From Methanothermococcus sp. SCGC AD-155-E23 (GTDB taxonomy: Archaea > AGJL01 > Methanococci > Methanococcales > Methanococcaceae): a stretch of DNA of 36,797 nucleotides. The DNA is taken from NCBI GenBank assembly GCA_019561615.1, contig JAHEQA010000045.1, positions 35,740 through 72,536 of the forward strand. Direction: 5' to 3'. Under the pieces are notes generated by a model that was given only the letters and a program-made list of their open reading frames with translations, searched no databases and was not told the DNA's origin. Both the position numbers and the translations under genes were made by a program. Shown one piece after another: positions 9,696 through 20,541 of this stretch (position 1 is the stretch's first letter; the number at the start of each line of letters is the position of its first letter).

Positions 9696-9845
9696 CCTTC
9701 CACCGGTAATACTTTTGAATGGAAAGTATTAAATAGTATTACTAACAGGGATAATAGTAATACTGCCCCTTTTAGAAAGTAATATATAGTTAAAGTTTTC
9801 TTTACTTTGTTTCAAGTATTCTTTAACACTGTGGAGGTTTTTACC

Positions 9846-10064
9846 ATGGGGAGAGAGGGTGATACCCTGGATATAGAGGAGATAGATGTTTTAGCCATTG
9901 GACTACTACTTACGGCCCCTATGATGTCTGACTACGAGATGAGATGTATCTTATGCAAATTGAAAAAAATAGCTAAAAAAAAGAAGGTGGCCAGTTACAA
10001 AAGTATCAACGAGATACTGGATGACTGGGCCAATATGGCCTATCACTTAACTATGAAGTACTAA
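9846..10064 (+). CDS. Small hypothetical protein (72 aa, CxxC, basic)
   Basis: GGAGGT RBS before ATG at 9846; host-like codon usage; contains CILC. The ORF-track start at 9807 (TTG) lacks an RBS. Confidence 0.65.
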   Translation: MGREGDTLDIEEIDVLAIGLLLTAPMMSDYEMRCILCKLKKIAKKKKVASYKSINEILDDWANMAYHLTMKY

Positions 10065-10193
10065 CTACCAGCCTATGAGGAAGTAGGGTATTAGGGAGAG
10101 GAGCATAATCAGGCCAACAACTATGGCCAGTAGCTTCCTCATCCCTATATTTTTATTATACTTGGAGTATTTATTTTTATCCCTTCTCCTCAT
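10065..10193 (-). CDS. Putative 42-aa single-pass membrane peptide (below the ORF-track cutoff)
   Basis: MRRRDKNKYSKYNKNIGMRKLLAIVVGLIMLLSLIPYFLIGW*. Its ATG lies inside the 3' end of the CYTH gene and its stop abuts the stop of the convergent ORF. Confidence 0.6.
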   Translation of the reverse strand: MRRRDKNKYSKYNKNIGMRKLLAIVVGLIMLLSLIPYFLIGW

Positions 10194-10743
10194 AACTATC
10201 CCTAAGTTCTAGGTAGGATGCCCTTATCAATCTTCCCTCATCTAAATCCAGGGTTCTTATAAGGTCCATAAGTTCTCTAATAGCCCCCTCTCTTTCAGAT
10301 TCAGATTTAACACTTTTTTCAAATTCAAGGAAGTACCCTATATCCTCCACCCTATCTATAGATACTGTCACATCATCCTTCTTATATATCTCCCTTACCT
10401 TCCTAAGTGGAGGCACCTTTTTAAATCCAAGTTTTTCCAGTATAATTTTTGTAGTGTCTCCATCCTCTACCTTCACCTGGTACTCCTCCCTGGTCTTAGA
10501 TATACTGTCCAACTTTGGACCTTTGTAGGTTAGGTAGTACCTCCTATCCCCTCTCTCTAGGTCTATAGACTCCCTTATCCTGAGGGCCTCATCAGTTTCT
10601 CTAAAATCCCTGTCTATACCCTTGAAGTAGGTGTCTATCTCCTCCACCTTCCCATACCTTTTAAATCCCAATTCCTTTAATTTATGGGAGAGGTCCTCCA
10701 CCTCCTCCTTATCTACTTTAACCTTTAACTCCACCTCTATCAT
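10177..10743 (-). CDS. cyaB: CYTH-domain protein (class IV adenylate cyclase / triphosphate tunnel metalloenzyme)
   Basis: N-terminal IEVELK (ExExK), DTYF, ALRIR, LTYKGPK, KVRE, FLEFE, SYLEL. Confidence 0.88.
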   Translation of the reverse strand: MIEVELKVKVDKEEVEDLSHKLKELGFKRYGKVEEIDTYFKGIDRDFRETDEALRIRESIDLERGDRRYYLTYKGPKLDSISKTREEYQVKVEDGDTTKIILEKLGFKKVPPLRKVREIYKKDDVTVSIDRVEDIGYFLEFEKSVKSESEREGAIRELMDLIRTLDLDEGRLIRASYLELRDSYEEKG

Positions 10744-11174
10744 ACTACCACCAAACTCTTCACGTAAGGTCCTAACACCTCCCTCAACTTCTCCACATCC
10801 ACATTCTCTATCTCAAGCCAGATAACCACCTGGTTGTCCTCCCTCTCCAGGGTTGTAGAGAGTATATTTCCCCCTATCTCAGATATCTTGGAGGATATAT
10901 CTGCCAGTAACCCTATCCTGTCCTCAGCTACTATCCTGATCTTTCTTGTCAGGAGGCTCACATGCCCCCTCTCCAACAGATACCTCCCCTCCTCTGTTAA
11001 GTAGACTCCTCCCTTTTTACCCTTCTTTGTAGTCACTAAACCTAGATCTCTCAAAACCCTTATATACCTATCTACATTCTTGGGATGAATATTCAACCTA
11101 CTTGAAATCTCCTTAACTGTGTTGCACTCCGTTAGAAGTTCCATTATCCTCCTGGTAGTACCTTCAAGTTTCAT
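10740..11174 (-). CDS. Winged-HTH plus ACT domain transcriptional regulator
   Basis: N-terminal wHTH (TVKEISSRLNIHPKNVDRYIRVLRDLGLV...GKKGGV); C-terminal ACT (AEDRIGLLADIS); ATGA overlap with cyaB. Confidence 0.8.
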   Translation of the reverse strand: MKLEGTTRRIMELLTECNTVKEISSRLNIHPKNVDRYIRVLRDLGLVTTKKGKKGGVYLTEEGRYLLERGHVSLLTRKIRIVAEDRIGLLADISSKISEIGGNILSTTLEREDNQVVIWLEIENVDVEKLREVLGPYVKSLVVV

Positions 11175-11224
11175 AAATGTTTAATATGGGACTCCCTTAT
11201 TTATACTTATTAGAGGTGAAAAAT

Positions 11225-11683
11225 ATGCTTACCCATCTAGATGAAAAGGGCGTAAAGATGGTAGACATCTCAGAGAAGGAGGAGAAAAATAGGGAGTGTA
11301 TTGCAAGGGGCTTTATCAAGTTGAAACCCTCTACAGTGGAGGCCATATCCAGAAAGGAAGTAATAAAGGGAGATGTACTAACCACAGCTCAAATTGCTGG
11401 GATAATGGCTGTGAAAAATACCCCTAATATTATACCTCTCTGTCATCCCCTACCTATAACTGGGGTAAATGTAACCTTCAAGTTAGAGAGAGATGGGATA
11501 GAGGTGGAGGTGAGGGTAAAGACTACCTATAAAACAGGGGTGGAGATGGAGGCACTTACAGGTGTCTCAGCGGCTCTCCTAACTATATGGGATATGGTAA
11601 AGGCTATTGAGAAGGATAAGGATGGACAATATCCACATACCAGGATATGCGATATCAGGGTTGTAAGTAAGAGAAAAGAATGA
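11225..11683 (+). CDS. moaC: Cyclic pyranopterin monophosphate synthase MoaC
   Basis: [39 protein letters not shown]; GAGGTGA RBS before ATG at 11225. Confidence 0.95.
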   Translation: MLTHLDEKGVKMVDISEKEEKNRECIARGFIKLKPSTVEAISRKEVIKGDVLTTAQIAGIMAVKNTPNIIPLCHPLPITGVNVTFKLERDGIEVEVRVKTTYKTGVEMEALTGVSAALLTIWDMVKAIEKDKDGQYPHTRICDIRVVSKRKE

Positions 11684-11712
11684 AGGGCTATTGTTAACCA
11701 TACAGGGGAGGT

Positions 11713-11922
11713 GTGAATATGGCTAAACTTACCGAGAAGCAGGGAGTTCTATTGTTATATGGAATAGCAGTGTTTACAGGCGTAGCACTTATGCTTTCCC
11801 TTCCAAGGTTGGGATATGATAACTTTATCTTTATGGCATTGATTACACTATCAATTCCACTGGTTATTTTTGCAATAGGATCTTTAATGCTTGTTAAATA
11901 CCTTTCCTATAAAAGGGAATAA
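11713..11922 (+). CDS. Small hypothetical membrane protein (2 TM helices)
   Basis: Two hydrophobic stretches; GGAGGTG RBS; fills the moaC-dph2 gap on the same strand. Confidence 0.65.
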   Translation: MNMAKLTEKQGVLLLYGIAVFTGVALMLSLPRLGYDNFIFMALITLSIPLVIFAIGSLMLVKYLSYKRE

Positions 11923-11931
11923 TCAGAAGGG

Positions 11932-12906
11932 TTGATGGTAATGTGGGACTTGGAGAGGGAGAGGGTAATAGAGGAGATCCTGAGATGTAAGGGAAAGAGG
12001 ATACTCTTCCAGGCTCCTGAGGGTCTGAAGTTAGAGGTTGAGAGGGAGATAGAGGGTATAAGGGGATATTTTAGAGAAAGGGGGATAGAGGATATAGAGC
12101 TTATAATGTGGGGTGGAAGTGCCTTTGGAGCCTGTGATTTATGTGACAGGGAGGGGAAGTATCTAGATGTAGACCTTATAGTTCACTATGGGCATGAGGC
12201 CCTACCCTATGTAAGATCGGAGATACCAGTCCTCTATGTCCCCGCCTACTACAAACCTGATAGGGAACATTTAAGGGAGATCTATAGGGATATTGAGAAG
12301 ATACTTAAAAGGTGCAGGGATCCTGTAGTAACTACCACAGTACAATTTAAAAAGATCCTCCAGAGGTACAATCCCCAGGTAATACTTGGATGTAGGGTAG
12401 ATATGACCTTGGAGGATGGAAGGGACATCCTCTACATAGGGAGTGGAAGGTTCCACCCCCTAATGTTGGCCTATAAGTTTAGAAGGGAGATACCTATATA
12501 CAACCCTATAACCAGGGAGTTCTCCAAGATTAAAAAAGAGGAGGTTGAAGGTTTTATTAAGAGGAGGTTAGGGGTAATTTCAAAGTTACATTTAAACCCC
12601 CCGAGGAAAATTGGAGTAATACTCTCTGTAAAGAAGGGTCAGTGTAGAATAGGGGTTTTTAAAAGGGTGATTAATATATTGAGGGAGAGGGGTATAGAGT
12701 ACATACCTATATTGCTAGATAATATCAACCCTGAAGATCTTGTATACAATGTAGACGCCTACGTTGTATGTGCCTGTCCAAGGGTGGTATTGGACGACTC
12801 CATAAGATATAAAAAAATACTTTTAACACCAGGGGAGTTTAAGATGTATATAGATGGTGACTTCCAATACCGTCTAGAGGAGGTATCACCTGAAGATTTT
12901 AAATAG
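11932..12906 (+). CDS. dph2: Diphthamide biosynthesis enzyme Dph2
   Basis: QAPEGLK, FGACD, HYGH, ILGC, GSGRFH, KKGQ and ACPR, which supply the three Fe-S cysteines. Confidence 0.92.
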   Translation: MMVMWDLERERVIEEILRCKGKRILFQAPEGLKLEVEREIEGIRGYFRERGIEDIELIMWGGSAFGACDLCDREGKYLDVDLIVHYGHEALPYVRSEIPVLYVPAYYKPDREHLREIYRDIEKILKRCRDPVVTTTVQFKKILQRYNPQVILGCRVDMTLEDGRDILYIGSGRFHPLMLAYKFRREIPIYNPITREFSKIKKEEVEGFIKRRLGVISKLHLNPPRKIGVILSVKKGQCRIGVFKRVINILRERGIEYIPILLDNINPEDLVYNVDAYVVCACPRVVLDDSIRYKKILLTPGEFKMYIDGDFQYRLEEVSPEDFK

Positions 12907-13803
12907 TTATTCTTTTAGTCCCAACTTCTCAAGTACTGGATCACAGGATATGAAGTGTAGATCCAGTGCAACCTCCTCAGGTTTCATACCCATGGCAAGG
13001 CCTAGCAACTGGGAGTAGTGTATAACTGGCAGGGAGTACTCCCTTCCAAATCTCTCCTTTATCTCTATCTGTCCCCTGTCAAACTGTAGATGGCAGAAGG
13101 GACATACCTCTGTAACACAGTCTCCTCCAGCGTTGAGTATATTCTTAATCTTTATCTCTGTGATCTTCAATGCAGTCTCTAAGTCCCTGGCCCTTACACC
13201 TCCTCCAGCACCACAGCACATCTGTTTATCCAGGTAGTTAATAGATGTGGCACCTATGGCCTCTACAAGGGCGTCAAAGGATCTTGGTCTTTCTGCACTC
13301 TCAATCTTTTTAATATCTGTAGGTTTCAAGTAGTGGCATCCGTAATGGACCGCCACATTTAAATTAAGTGGCCTAACAACCTTCTCCGCTATGGCATCTG
13401 GACCGTAGTCGAAGTAGAGTACCTCTGGTAGATGTCTAACCTGGACCTTTCCCTTATACTCGTAGCCGTACTTTGAGAGGATCTTATTTACCTTCTCCCT
13501 TGCCCTCTCATTCTCCTTGAGTATATGATTTGCCTCGTAGAGGGAGCCGTAGCAACCGTTACAGATGGTGAGTATATCTAGCCCCCTCTCCTCTGCAACA
13601 CAGAGGTTTCTCCCTGCAAGGGTGAGCCAGGTAAGTAGATCGAAGGAACCAAATACCCCTGGAGCAGGGCAACAGGAGGCCTTCTCAAAGGGATATAGTT
13701 TTATACCTAACTTATCCAACGCCTTGTAGGTGGCACTCTCTATACCTGGATACCTGTTAGGTGCAATACATCCCAGGAAGAACAGGAACTCCATCTCCTT
13801 CAT
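12907..13803 (-). CDS. hdrB: CoB-CoM heterodisulfide reductase subunit B
   Basis: [50 protein letters not shown] (CCG domains). Confidence 0.96.
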   Translation of the reverse strand: MKEMEFLFFLGCIAPNRYPGIESATYKALDKLGIKLYPFEKASCCPAPGVFGSFDLLTWLTLAGRNLCVAEERGLDILTICNGCYGSLYEANHILKENERAREKVNKILSKYGYEYKGKVQVRHLPEVLYFDYGPDAIAEKVVRPLNLNVAVHYGCHYLKPTDIKKIESAERPRSFDALVEAIGATSINYLDKQMCCGAGGGVRARDLETALKITEIKIKNILNAGGDCVTEVCPFCHLQFDRGQIEIKERFGREYSLPVIHYSQLLGLAMGMKPEEVALDLHFISCDPVLEKLGLKE

Positions 13804-13807
13804 AATT

Positions 13808-14383
13808 TCACCTTTTCAAATCCTTTTTCCTAATATCCTCCAACTTCTTAGTTTTAGGATTAATTCCAGCATTTTTGCAGAATCCAGTATCCTCCATAAT
13901 TCTCCTTATATGTTCCAGTACCTTGGGATACTTGTAGGTTGTAGGTGGCACCTCCGAGAGTCCCAACTTCTTCCTTACCTCCTTTATCTTGTCGTTAATT
14001 GGTACTGCATGTCCAGTTAGATATACATAGAGTGCTGTCTTTCTATGGGCAACGTAACCCATCTGGAAGGCTAAATTCCTCATGGCCTTGATGATCTCTG
14101 TGATCTTAACCTCCCTTGGACATCTCTCGTAGCAGGTATAACATGTTGTACACTTCCAGAGGTCGTCACTTTTTATATAATCCTCATGTCCAAAAATAGC
14201 AGCCCTTATTAACTTCCTAGTTCTATAGGCAGTTATCCTTCCACTGGGACATCCTCCTGTACAGGTTCCACACTGGTAGCACCTGGTGAAGGATCTTATT
14301 ACATCCTCCTCTCCTATCCTTTTTCCTATCTCTACTAATTTCGCTGGAAGTTCAGGGTTAAAATCCTTAACACTTATAACCAT
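13808..14383 (-). CDS. hdrC: CoB-CoM heterodisulfide reductase subunit C
   Basis: [12 protein letters not shown] and [13 protein letters not shown] ferredoxin motifs; directly upstream of hdrB. Confidence 0.96.
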   Translation of the reverse strand: MVISVKDFNPELPAKLVEIGKRIGEEDVIRSFTRCYQCGTCTGGCPSGRITAYRTRKLIRAAIFGHEDYIKSDDLWKCTTCYTCYERCPREVKITEIIKAMRNLAFQMGYVAHRKTALYVYLTGHAVPINDKIKEVRKKLGLSEVPPTTYKYPKVLEHIRRIMEDTGFCKNAGINPKTKKLEDIRKKDLKR

Positions 14384-14466
14384 ACTATCACCCCTAATCT
14401 ACTATAGGGGCCCCTCTATTTAACGGTAGGTTATTGGTACCTCTCTATAATACAGGTGTATAAAAC

Positions 14467-15192
14467 CTAAAAGTACTTAACAAGTCCTAAATACATCACC
14501 ATTGCAGAGATGCAACCAACAATAGTACATATAAGGTTGACATGTTCCTTGTTCAGTATCCCTCTCCTCTCAAAGAGTGCCCCAGAGATACTGTCAGAGA
14601 GGTTCCCCAGAATACCTGAGAGGGTACCTACTATAAGGAGGTAGTAGTTGTTAAAGAGTAAGGTGGCTAAAAGTCCTATAAGGAAACCACCTATCAAACC
14701 TGCAACAATACCCCAGAGTGTTACACCTCCATCAGTACCCCTTTCAACCTTCTCAAAGGTAGTTATCAACCTTGGAGTCTCCTTAGAGAGTACACCTAAC
14801 TCAGAGGAAAAGGTATCTGAAGTAGCTGCAGAGATAGCCCCCACATATCCAAAGAGGGCTGTGTTGTAATCCAGGATACCTAGCATATACATTATCACTA
14901 TTAAAATCGCCACCAGTCCATTTGCAATTACATTCTTTAAGGATCTCTTACACTCGTAAAGTTTCATAGATGCTTTTTTAGAACATCCTATCCTACTAAC
15001 TAAACTACCTAGTACCAGGAAACTTAAGATTATCAACAACCATTTTATATCTGTCACCATAAGTATAATAAAGGCCATGAGAGTTGAGACTGCCAAACCT
15101 GTATCGTCGAGATAACCCCTCTTCTTTATTATATAGGCCAGAATCATCACTATAACAAGGGAGTAGAGAAACCTTAGGTATATCTCCATCAC
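14467..15192 (-). CDS. DUF92 / TIGR00297 integral membrane protein
   Basis: Multiple TM helices; RSLKNVIANG, AATSDTFSSELG, PRLITT, GTDGGVT, DSISGA. Confidence 0.85.
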   Translation of the reverse strand: MMEIYLRFLYSLVIVMILAYIIKKRGYLDDTGLAVSTLMAFIILMVTDIKWLLIILSFLVLGSLVSRIGCSKKASMKLYECKRSLKNVIANGLVAILIVIMYMLGILDYNTALFGYVGAISAATSDTFSSELGVLSKETPRLITTFEKVERGTDGGVTLWGIVAGLIGGFLIGLLATLLFNNYYLLIVGTLSGILGNLSDSISGALFERRGILNKEHVNLICTIVGCISAMVMYLGLVKYF

Positions 15193-15281
15193 CTTTCACC
15201 AGGGGATTGAAATTTTTCCTACCGTATAAATAATGTTAATAAATACCCAATGCTTTATAAAAAGGATTACGGTGGTGTTAG

Positions 15282-16547
15282 ATGGAGAGTGGTAAGAAGG
15301 AGAAGGACCTCTATCTATTTAAAAAAGCCATTAAGGAGTTGAAGAGTAAAAAGGGAAAGGGTACTGAGCTGATAAGCCTCTACATACCTGCCAGGAGAAG
15401 AATATCCGATGTAACCCAGTACCTAAGGGAGGAACTCTCCCAGTCCTCCAACATCAAAAGTAAAACAACAAGGAAAAATGTCCAATCTGCAATTGAGGCC
15501 ATACTCCAAAGGTTAAAACTTCTAAAGGAGCCCCTTGAGAAGGGGGTTATCATATTCTCAGGGATGGTTCCCAGGGGAGGGCCTGGGACTGAGAAGATGG
15601 AGACCTACGTACTGGAACCACCTGAACCTATAAAGACCTTTATATACAGGTGTGACTCCCAGTTCTACACAGAACCCCTGGAGGACTTCCTGGAGGAGAA
15701 GGACGTATACGGTATTATACTTATAGACAGAAACGAGGCTACAATTGGAATAGTCAAGGGTAAGAATATCCAGGTATTGAAGAGACTGACCAGTGGGGTT
15801 CCTGGGAAGTTCAAGGCCGGTGGACAATCTGCAAGAAGACTGGAGAGGTTGATAGATGACGCTGCACATCAGTTTATGAAGAGGGTAGGTGAGTATGCAA
15901 ATGAGGAGTTCCTACCTCTACTGAAGGAGAAGAAGTTGAAGGGTATACTTATTGGAGGGCCTGGAAATACAAAGATTGAGTTTGTAAAGAAGAATTACCT
16001 AAACCATGAACTTAGGAAGATAGTGATAGATACCTTTGATATCTGTTATACCGAGGAGTTTGGAATAAGGGAACTTCTGGAAAAGGCCTCTGATGTTTTA
16101 AGGGATATAGAGTTGATGAAGGAGAGGGAGGTTGTCCAGAGGTTCTTCAAGGAGCTTATAAAGGAGGACGGTGGCCTTGCAGCCTACGGTGAAAAGGAGG
16201 TTATGAGGTATCTAGAGATGGGTGCTGTAGATACCCTTATCATTACAGACGACATAAACATGACTAGGGTAACTGTGAAATGTAACAACTGTGACTTTAC
16301 CCAGGAGGTAAATGTGAAAAATGAGGAACTTCAAAAGTTTGAGGAAGATCTAAAGAATAAATCCTGTCCAAAGTGTGGTGGGATGCTCTATATAGCAGAG
16401 AAAGAGGATATTATAGAGTACTTTGCAAGACTCTGTGAGGAAACTGGTACAACCTTGAAGATCATCTCCACAGAGACTGAGGAGGGTAGTCAGATATCCA
16501 AGGCATTTAAGGGTATAGCTGCTATTTTAAGATACAAGATTGATTAA
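15282..16547 (+). CDS. prf1: Peptide chain release factor aRF1
   Basis: [26 protein letters not shown]-terminal GIAAILRY. Confidence 0.97.
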   Translation: MESGKKEKDLYLFKKAIKELKSKKGKGTELISLYIPARRRISDVTQYLREELSQSSNIKSKTTRKNVQSAIEAILQRLKLLKEPLEKGVIIFSGMVPRGGPGTEKMETYVLEPPEPIKTFIYRCDSQFYTEPLEDFLEEKDVYGIILIDRNEATIGIVKGKNIQVLKRLTSGVPGKFKAGGQSARRLERLIDDAAHQFMKRVGEYANEEFLPLLKEKKLKGILIGGPGNTKIEFVKKNYLNHELRKIVIDTFDICYTEEFGIRELLEKASDVLRDIELMKEREVVQRFFKELIKEDGGLAAYGEKEVMRYLEMGAVDTLIITDDINMTRVTVKCNNCDFTQEVNVKNEELQKFEEDLKNKSCPKCGGMLYIAEKEDIIEYFARLCEETGTTLKIISTETEEGSQISKAFKGIAAILRYKID

Positions 16548-17970
16548 AAAATCTGGAAACCCACCTTCTAAGGTGGAATTCAAAATCTTTATTCTCCCCC
16601 TTCTTATCCATATCAAGGGGTGGAATCTCTATATCAATATCTAACTCCATGGCACTTCTACAGAACCTCTCGTAGTCTATCTCCACCTCAGGTATAAGTC
16701 CTCTACCTTCCCCTCCCTCCACCTTCTTAACACCTATTACCTTTACCCCTATCTCCTCCCCTATCCTCCTAACCTTTTCAAAGAGTTGGAAGTTGTAAAC
16801 CCTGTTTAGTATTATACCCCTTACATCTACACCCATCTCCTTTAGTAGGGAGTAGTAACTTAGTCCCTCTATAAAGGCCCCCTCAATCCCTCCTTTACTA
16901 CAGGAGGATATAAGGTAGACTGGAAAACCAAGTAGTTTAGATACTTGGGCACTACTGTAATTCTCTCCCCTAAGGGCACCTGTGAAGGCACCCATTACAC
17001 CCTCCACTATATAGTAGTTATAGTTGGACTCCCTTACAAACCTTAAAAACTCCTCAACACTACACCACCCCCTCTCCCCAACCTTTATACTACTGTACTT
17101 CAGCATAGGTTCCCTTAGGATGTAGAGGGAGGGGAGGATATCTCTAACATCGGGACCTATCTTTGCAACAAATACCCTCCCCTTTAACTTGGAGACTATA
17201 GCCGTTAGTAAAAAAGTTTTTCCACAGTGGGAACCTGTAGATAGGAGGATTATTCCCCTTTTTCTACCATCGTATTTTCTCCTGGAGTATACCACAGACC
17301 TCCTTTTCAACTCCTCCCTTAACCTTTTGTTTTTCTCTAGTATGGCTTTATACTCCTCCTCATCTACACCTAAGTTCTCCAATAGATTTCTCCTTATATG
17401 GGGGTTGTCCAGGAATCCATGAACCATGGTACCGTATACATTCTTACTATACACCCCTGAGAGGATATACCTCTCCTCCTCAAGGTATCTGTAGTTTAAC
17501 TTCTCAACTTTAGATACACTTAGTATTTTAACCCCCTTACCAACCTTTATATCTCCGTAGGTGTGACAGTGGAATCCCTCCCCCCTCTCTCCAGCCCTTC
17601 CAAAGATAGAGTTGTTCATCAACTTAAACTCCACCCTATCTGTACATATCAAGGGGGAGAACTCCACATCCAACAGTCCCAAACCCTCTCTAAATATGGG
17701 ATAACTACTTTTCCTCCCTATATCTATCCTTTTAGAGAGCACCTGGAATCCACTACACACTCCAAAGAGTATACCCTCAAATTCTAGGAGGTATTTCTTC
17801 AACTTCTCATTTAGGGAGAGACTCTCTATAAGACTACCCCCTGGAATGATCAACATATCTAGGTCTTTAATAACATGGAGGTTGTCCTCCCTAACTGCCA
17901 AGGTAGGCAGATTTCCAAAGTTTTCAAAAGAGGGAAGAGCCCCTTTTATATCAAGTATGCCAATCTCCAT
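16522..17970 (-). CDS. CobB/CobQ-like amidotransferase with N-terminal class I GATase and C-terminal dethiobiotin-synthetase-like P-loop domain
   Basis: [14 protein letters not shown] (catalytic Cys), GLGLLD, YGTMVHG in the N-half; [27 protein letters not shown] in the C-half. Confidence 0.75.
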   Translation of the reverse strand: MEIGILDIKGALPSFENFGNLPTLAVREDNLHVIKDLDMLIIPGGSLIESLSLNEKLKKYLLEFEGILFGVCSGFQVLSKRIDIGRKSSYPIFREGLGLLDVEFSPLICTDRVEFKLMNNSIFGRAGERGEGFHCHTYGDIKVGKGVKILSVSKVEKLNYRYLEEERYILSGVYSKNVYGTMVHGFLDNPHIRRNLLENLGVDEEEYKAILEKNKRLREELKRRSVVYSRRKYDGRKRGIILLSTGSHCGKTFLLTAIVSKLKGRVFVAKIGPDVRDILPSLYILREPMLKYSSIKVGERGWCSVEEFLRFVRESNYNYYIVEGVMGAFTGALRGENYSSAQVSKLLGFPVYLISSCSKGGIEGAFIEGLSYYSLLKEMGVDVRGIILNRVYNFQLFEKVRRIGEEIGVKVIGVKKVEGGEGRGLIPEVEIDYERFCRSAMELDIDIEIPPLDMDKKGENKDFEFHLRRWVSRFFNQSCILK

Positions 17971-17972
17971 AG

Positions 17973-20459
17973 TTAACTCTCTATACTTTTTTGATAGGGG
18001 TTACAGATCCTTCTCCTGTAGTAGGCCGCATCCTCAGAGACCTTCCTGTTGTAGATAGATCCTATCCTCTCTATAGCGTCAAGTATTTTCACAGTATTCT
18101 CCAGGTAGTTGTAGATATCCCCTGGGTATGTCTGAAGGTTCAAGGTATGGTATATATGCCTAGATATCTGCAGGGGTGTTTTCCCACCTATCCTCAGGTT
18201 AATGATATATTTGGAGAAGTATCTGACGATGTCCTCCTCTATCATACCCTCGAACTCCATTATCCAGGGTAGTATCCTATCTAGTAAATTCCTATCTCTT
18301 ATCTTCTCCATATTCTCCTTTATTATCTCAAAGGCGTCGATGAACTTTGTGGGGATATTTACATTGATCACCTTACTTATCCTGTTCTTAAGACCCATGG
18401 GGATGTATACCCCCTCAAAGGGGTTAACTAGGGATAGGAGATCTACAATTGGAAGGTTTAAGTTTTTCCTTATAAGTTCTGCATCCTCTGGATAGAGGAA
18501 GGATATACCTGTAAAGTATCCATATCTGGTAACCCCTATATCCTCTCCCTCCTTCACCATACCGTACTCCACAAGTTTACCAAGTATGTAGTCTAAACTG
18601 TGGTTGCTACCCATAAGGGGAACTTTGGAAAGTAACTCCCTCTTTCTACAACCCTTCATACCTTTATAGTATCTCCTGTACCTCTCAATGGCACATAGAC
18701 TTGCCAGTACCTGCTCCATCTCCTCCCTCTCCTCGTATATCACCTCAACATCCTCAGGTTCAGAGTTTAACAGCTGGAAGGCTACCTCCTCCTCACTTCT
18801 CTCCATCTTGGCATGATACTTCTTACCGATCTCTATCAACATATAGACCTTTCCCATATCATGCATACCCTTCCTCCCTGCCCTTCCACATATCTGTTGA
18901 AACTCTGAGGGGGTGAGCCAGTCACCTCCCATGGCCAAACTCTCCAGGATAACAGTTGAGGCTGGAAAATCCACACCTGCTGCAAGGGCAGCAGTGGTAA
19001 CCACACACATAATCTCCTGCTTCATAAACTTCTCCTCTACCATCCTTCTCCTCCTGTACTCCATTCCCCCATGGTAGTACTCAGCCCTTATACCCTTGGA
19101 GTTTAGAAACCTTGCGATGTACTCGGCCCTCTTCCTGGAGTAGGTAAATATTAAACTCTGTCCCCTATATCCGTACTTAGACACCTTGTTAAACTCCCTC
19201 CTTACAATCTCCCTGATCATGTTAAGCTTTTGATACTCGTTCTTGGCAAAGAGGATATGTCTCTCCAGGGGTACTGGACGGCCGCTGTATGTTATAAGAC
19301 GGGCACCTAGACCTTTAGAGAGTTCCCGAGGATTCCCTACGGTGGCAGAGAGGTATATCATCTGCATATCCTCTCCCATCCTCTTGAGAAACCTTAACCT
19401 ACCTATAAGACCATCTAAACGGGCCCCCCTCTCCTCCATATTTAGGGAGTGAACCTCGTCTATCACAACAGTTCCAATACCTCTCAATTTACCTGACCTT
19501 ATAAGGTAGTCAATACCCTCATAGGTTCCAACGATGATGTCACTCTCTAAGTCTGTATTCACATCCTCACATCTACCCTCGTAAAGCCTCCCAGTACCTA
19601 CCCTTAAACTTACACTTAGTCCTATCTCCTTATAGCGCTCCCTGAATTCCAGGTACTTCTGATTTGCCAGGGCCACCAGAGGTACCAGATAGAGAAACTT
19701 CCCCCTACCCTCAAGTAGATTCTTTACACCTGCCAGCTCTCCAATAAGTGTCTTTCCAGAGGATGTAGCCGAGGTTACAAGGAGATCCCTACCCCTTAAC
19801 AACCCTCCCTTAACTGTAAGGGTCTGCACTGGTAGTAACTCTTTTATCCCCCTCTTCTTAAGTATCCTCTTTAACTCTTCAGGGATGTCCAACTCCTCAA
19901 CCCTGTAGTTTTTAATATCCTCCTGATCCCCAGTTAGAACATCGTATCTAGTTAACTCAGGTTTAACTACAGGGTTCCTGGAGGTTAGTAGATCTAAGAC
20001 CTTGTTTACATCCTTTAGCCTTTTAAGTAAACTCTCTATAAATTTCTCCCCAATATCTACCTCCTCCTTAACCTCCTCAAGGGCACACTTTAGACAGATA
20101 TACCTGTTGTTATGTAGATATTTCTCCTCCTCCAGTATGGTGTACCTCCCCTTTACAAGACAGTAGGGACATAGCTCTACCAGTTCATACCTTATGTTTC
20201 TACCCTTTAGGAAATCCTCTAACTTCAGGGACTCCTCATCCTTACTTAGGAGTACCTTGTCAGCGTTTCTCAGTATCTCCAATACCTTGGAGGGTTGTAT
20301 AGGTCTTATATTCCCCTCCCTATCTTCCCTACATCTGTAAAGTTCTATCCTCTTACCTACCTCTCTAAGGAGACAGTGATACCTGACGTTGTTATTGATA
20401 TCGACGATCTCCACCTCCTGTTTCTGCCTCTTCTTCTTCAATTTCCTTATTATTATCAA
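17973..20459 (-). CDS. Archaea-specific Ski2-like SF2 helicase (ASH-Ski2-like, DEVH box)
   Basis: LLPVQ Q-motif, [32 protein letters not shown]; N-terminal CPYC...CLKC zinc-finger-like domain. Confidence 0.88.
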   Translation of the reverse strand: MIIIRKLKKKRQKQEVEIVDINNNVRYHCLLREVGKRIELYRCREDREGNIRPIQPSKVLEILRNADKVLLSKDEESLKLEDFLKGRNIRYELVELCPYCLVKGRYTILEEEKYLHNNRYICLKCALEEVKEEVDIGEKFIESLLKRLKDVNKVLDLLTSRNPVVKPELTRYDVLTGDQEDIKNYRVEELDIPEELKRILKKRGIKELLPVQTLTVKGGLLRGRDLLVTSATSSGKTLIGELAGVKNLLEGRGKFLYLVPLVALANQKYLEFRERYKEIGLSVSLRVGTGRLYEGRCEDVNTDLESDIIVGTYEGIDYLIRSGKLRGIGTVVIDEVHSLNMEERGARLDGLIGRLRFLKRMGEDMQMIYLSATVGNPRELSKGLGARLITYSGRPVPLERHILFAKNEYQKLNMIREIVRREFNKVSKYGYRGQSLIFTYSRKRAEYIARFLNSKGIRAEYYHGGMEYRRRRMVEEKFMKQEIMCVVTTAALAAGVDFPASTVILESLAMGGDWLTPSEFQQICGRAGRKGMHDMGKVYMLIEIGKKYHAKMERSEEEVAFQLLNSEPEDVEVIYEEREEMEQVLASLCAIERYRRYYKGMKGCRKRELLSKVPLMGSNHSLDYILGKLVEYGMVKEGEDIGVTRYGYFTGISFLYPEDAELIRKNLNLPIVDLLSLVNPFEGVYIPMGLKNRISKVINVNIPTKFIDAFEIIKENMEKIRDRNLLDRILPWIMEFEGMIEEDIVRYFSKYIINLRIGGKTPLQISRHIYHTLNLQTYPGDIYNYLENTVKILDAIERIGSIYNRKVSEDAAYYRRRICNPYQKSIES

Positions 20460-20541
20460 GGTCCCACCTACTTATAATCCTGATAACCATAATAGATAAA
20501 GTAAGAGTTAAAATTATTATGAGAAGTTCAACGGGGGTAAT

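Noticed and set aside
12907-14383. hdrBC without adjacent hdrA
   Set aside because: Separate hdrA and hdrBC loci are the usual arrangement in Methanococcales.
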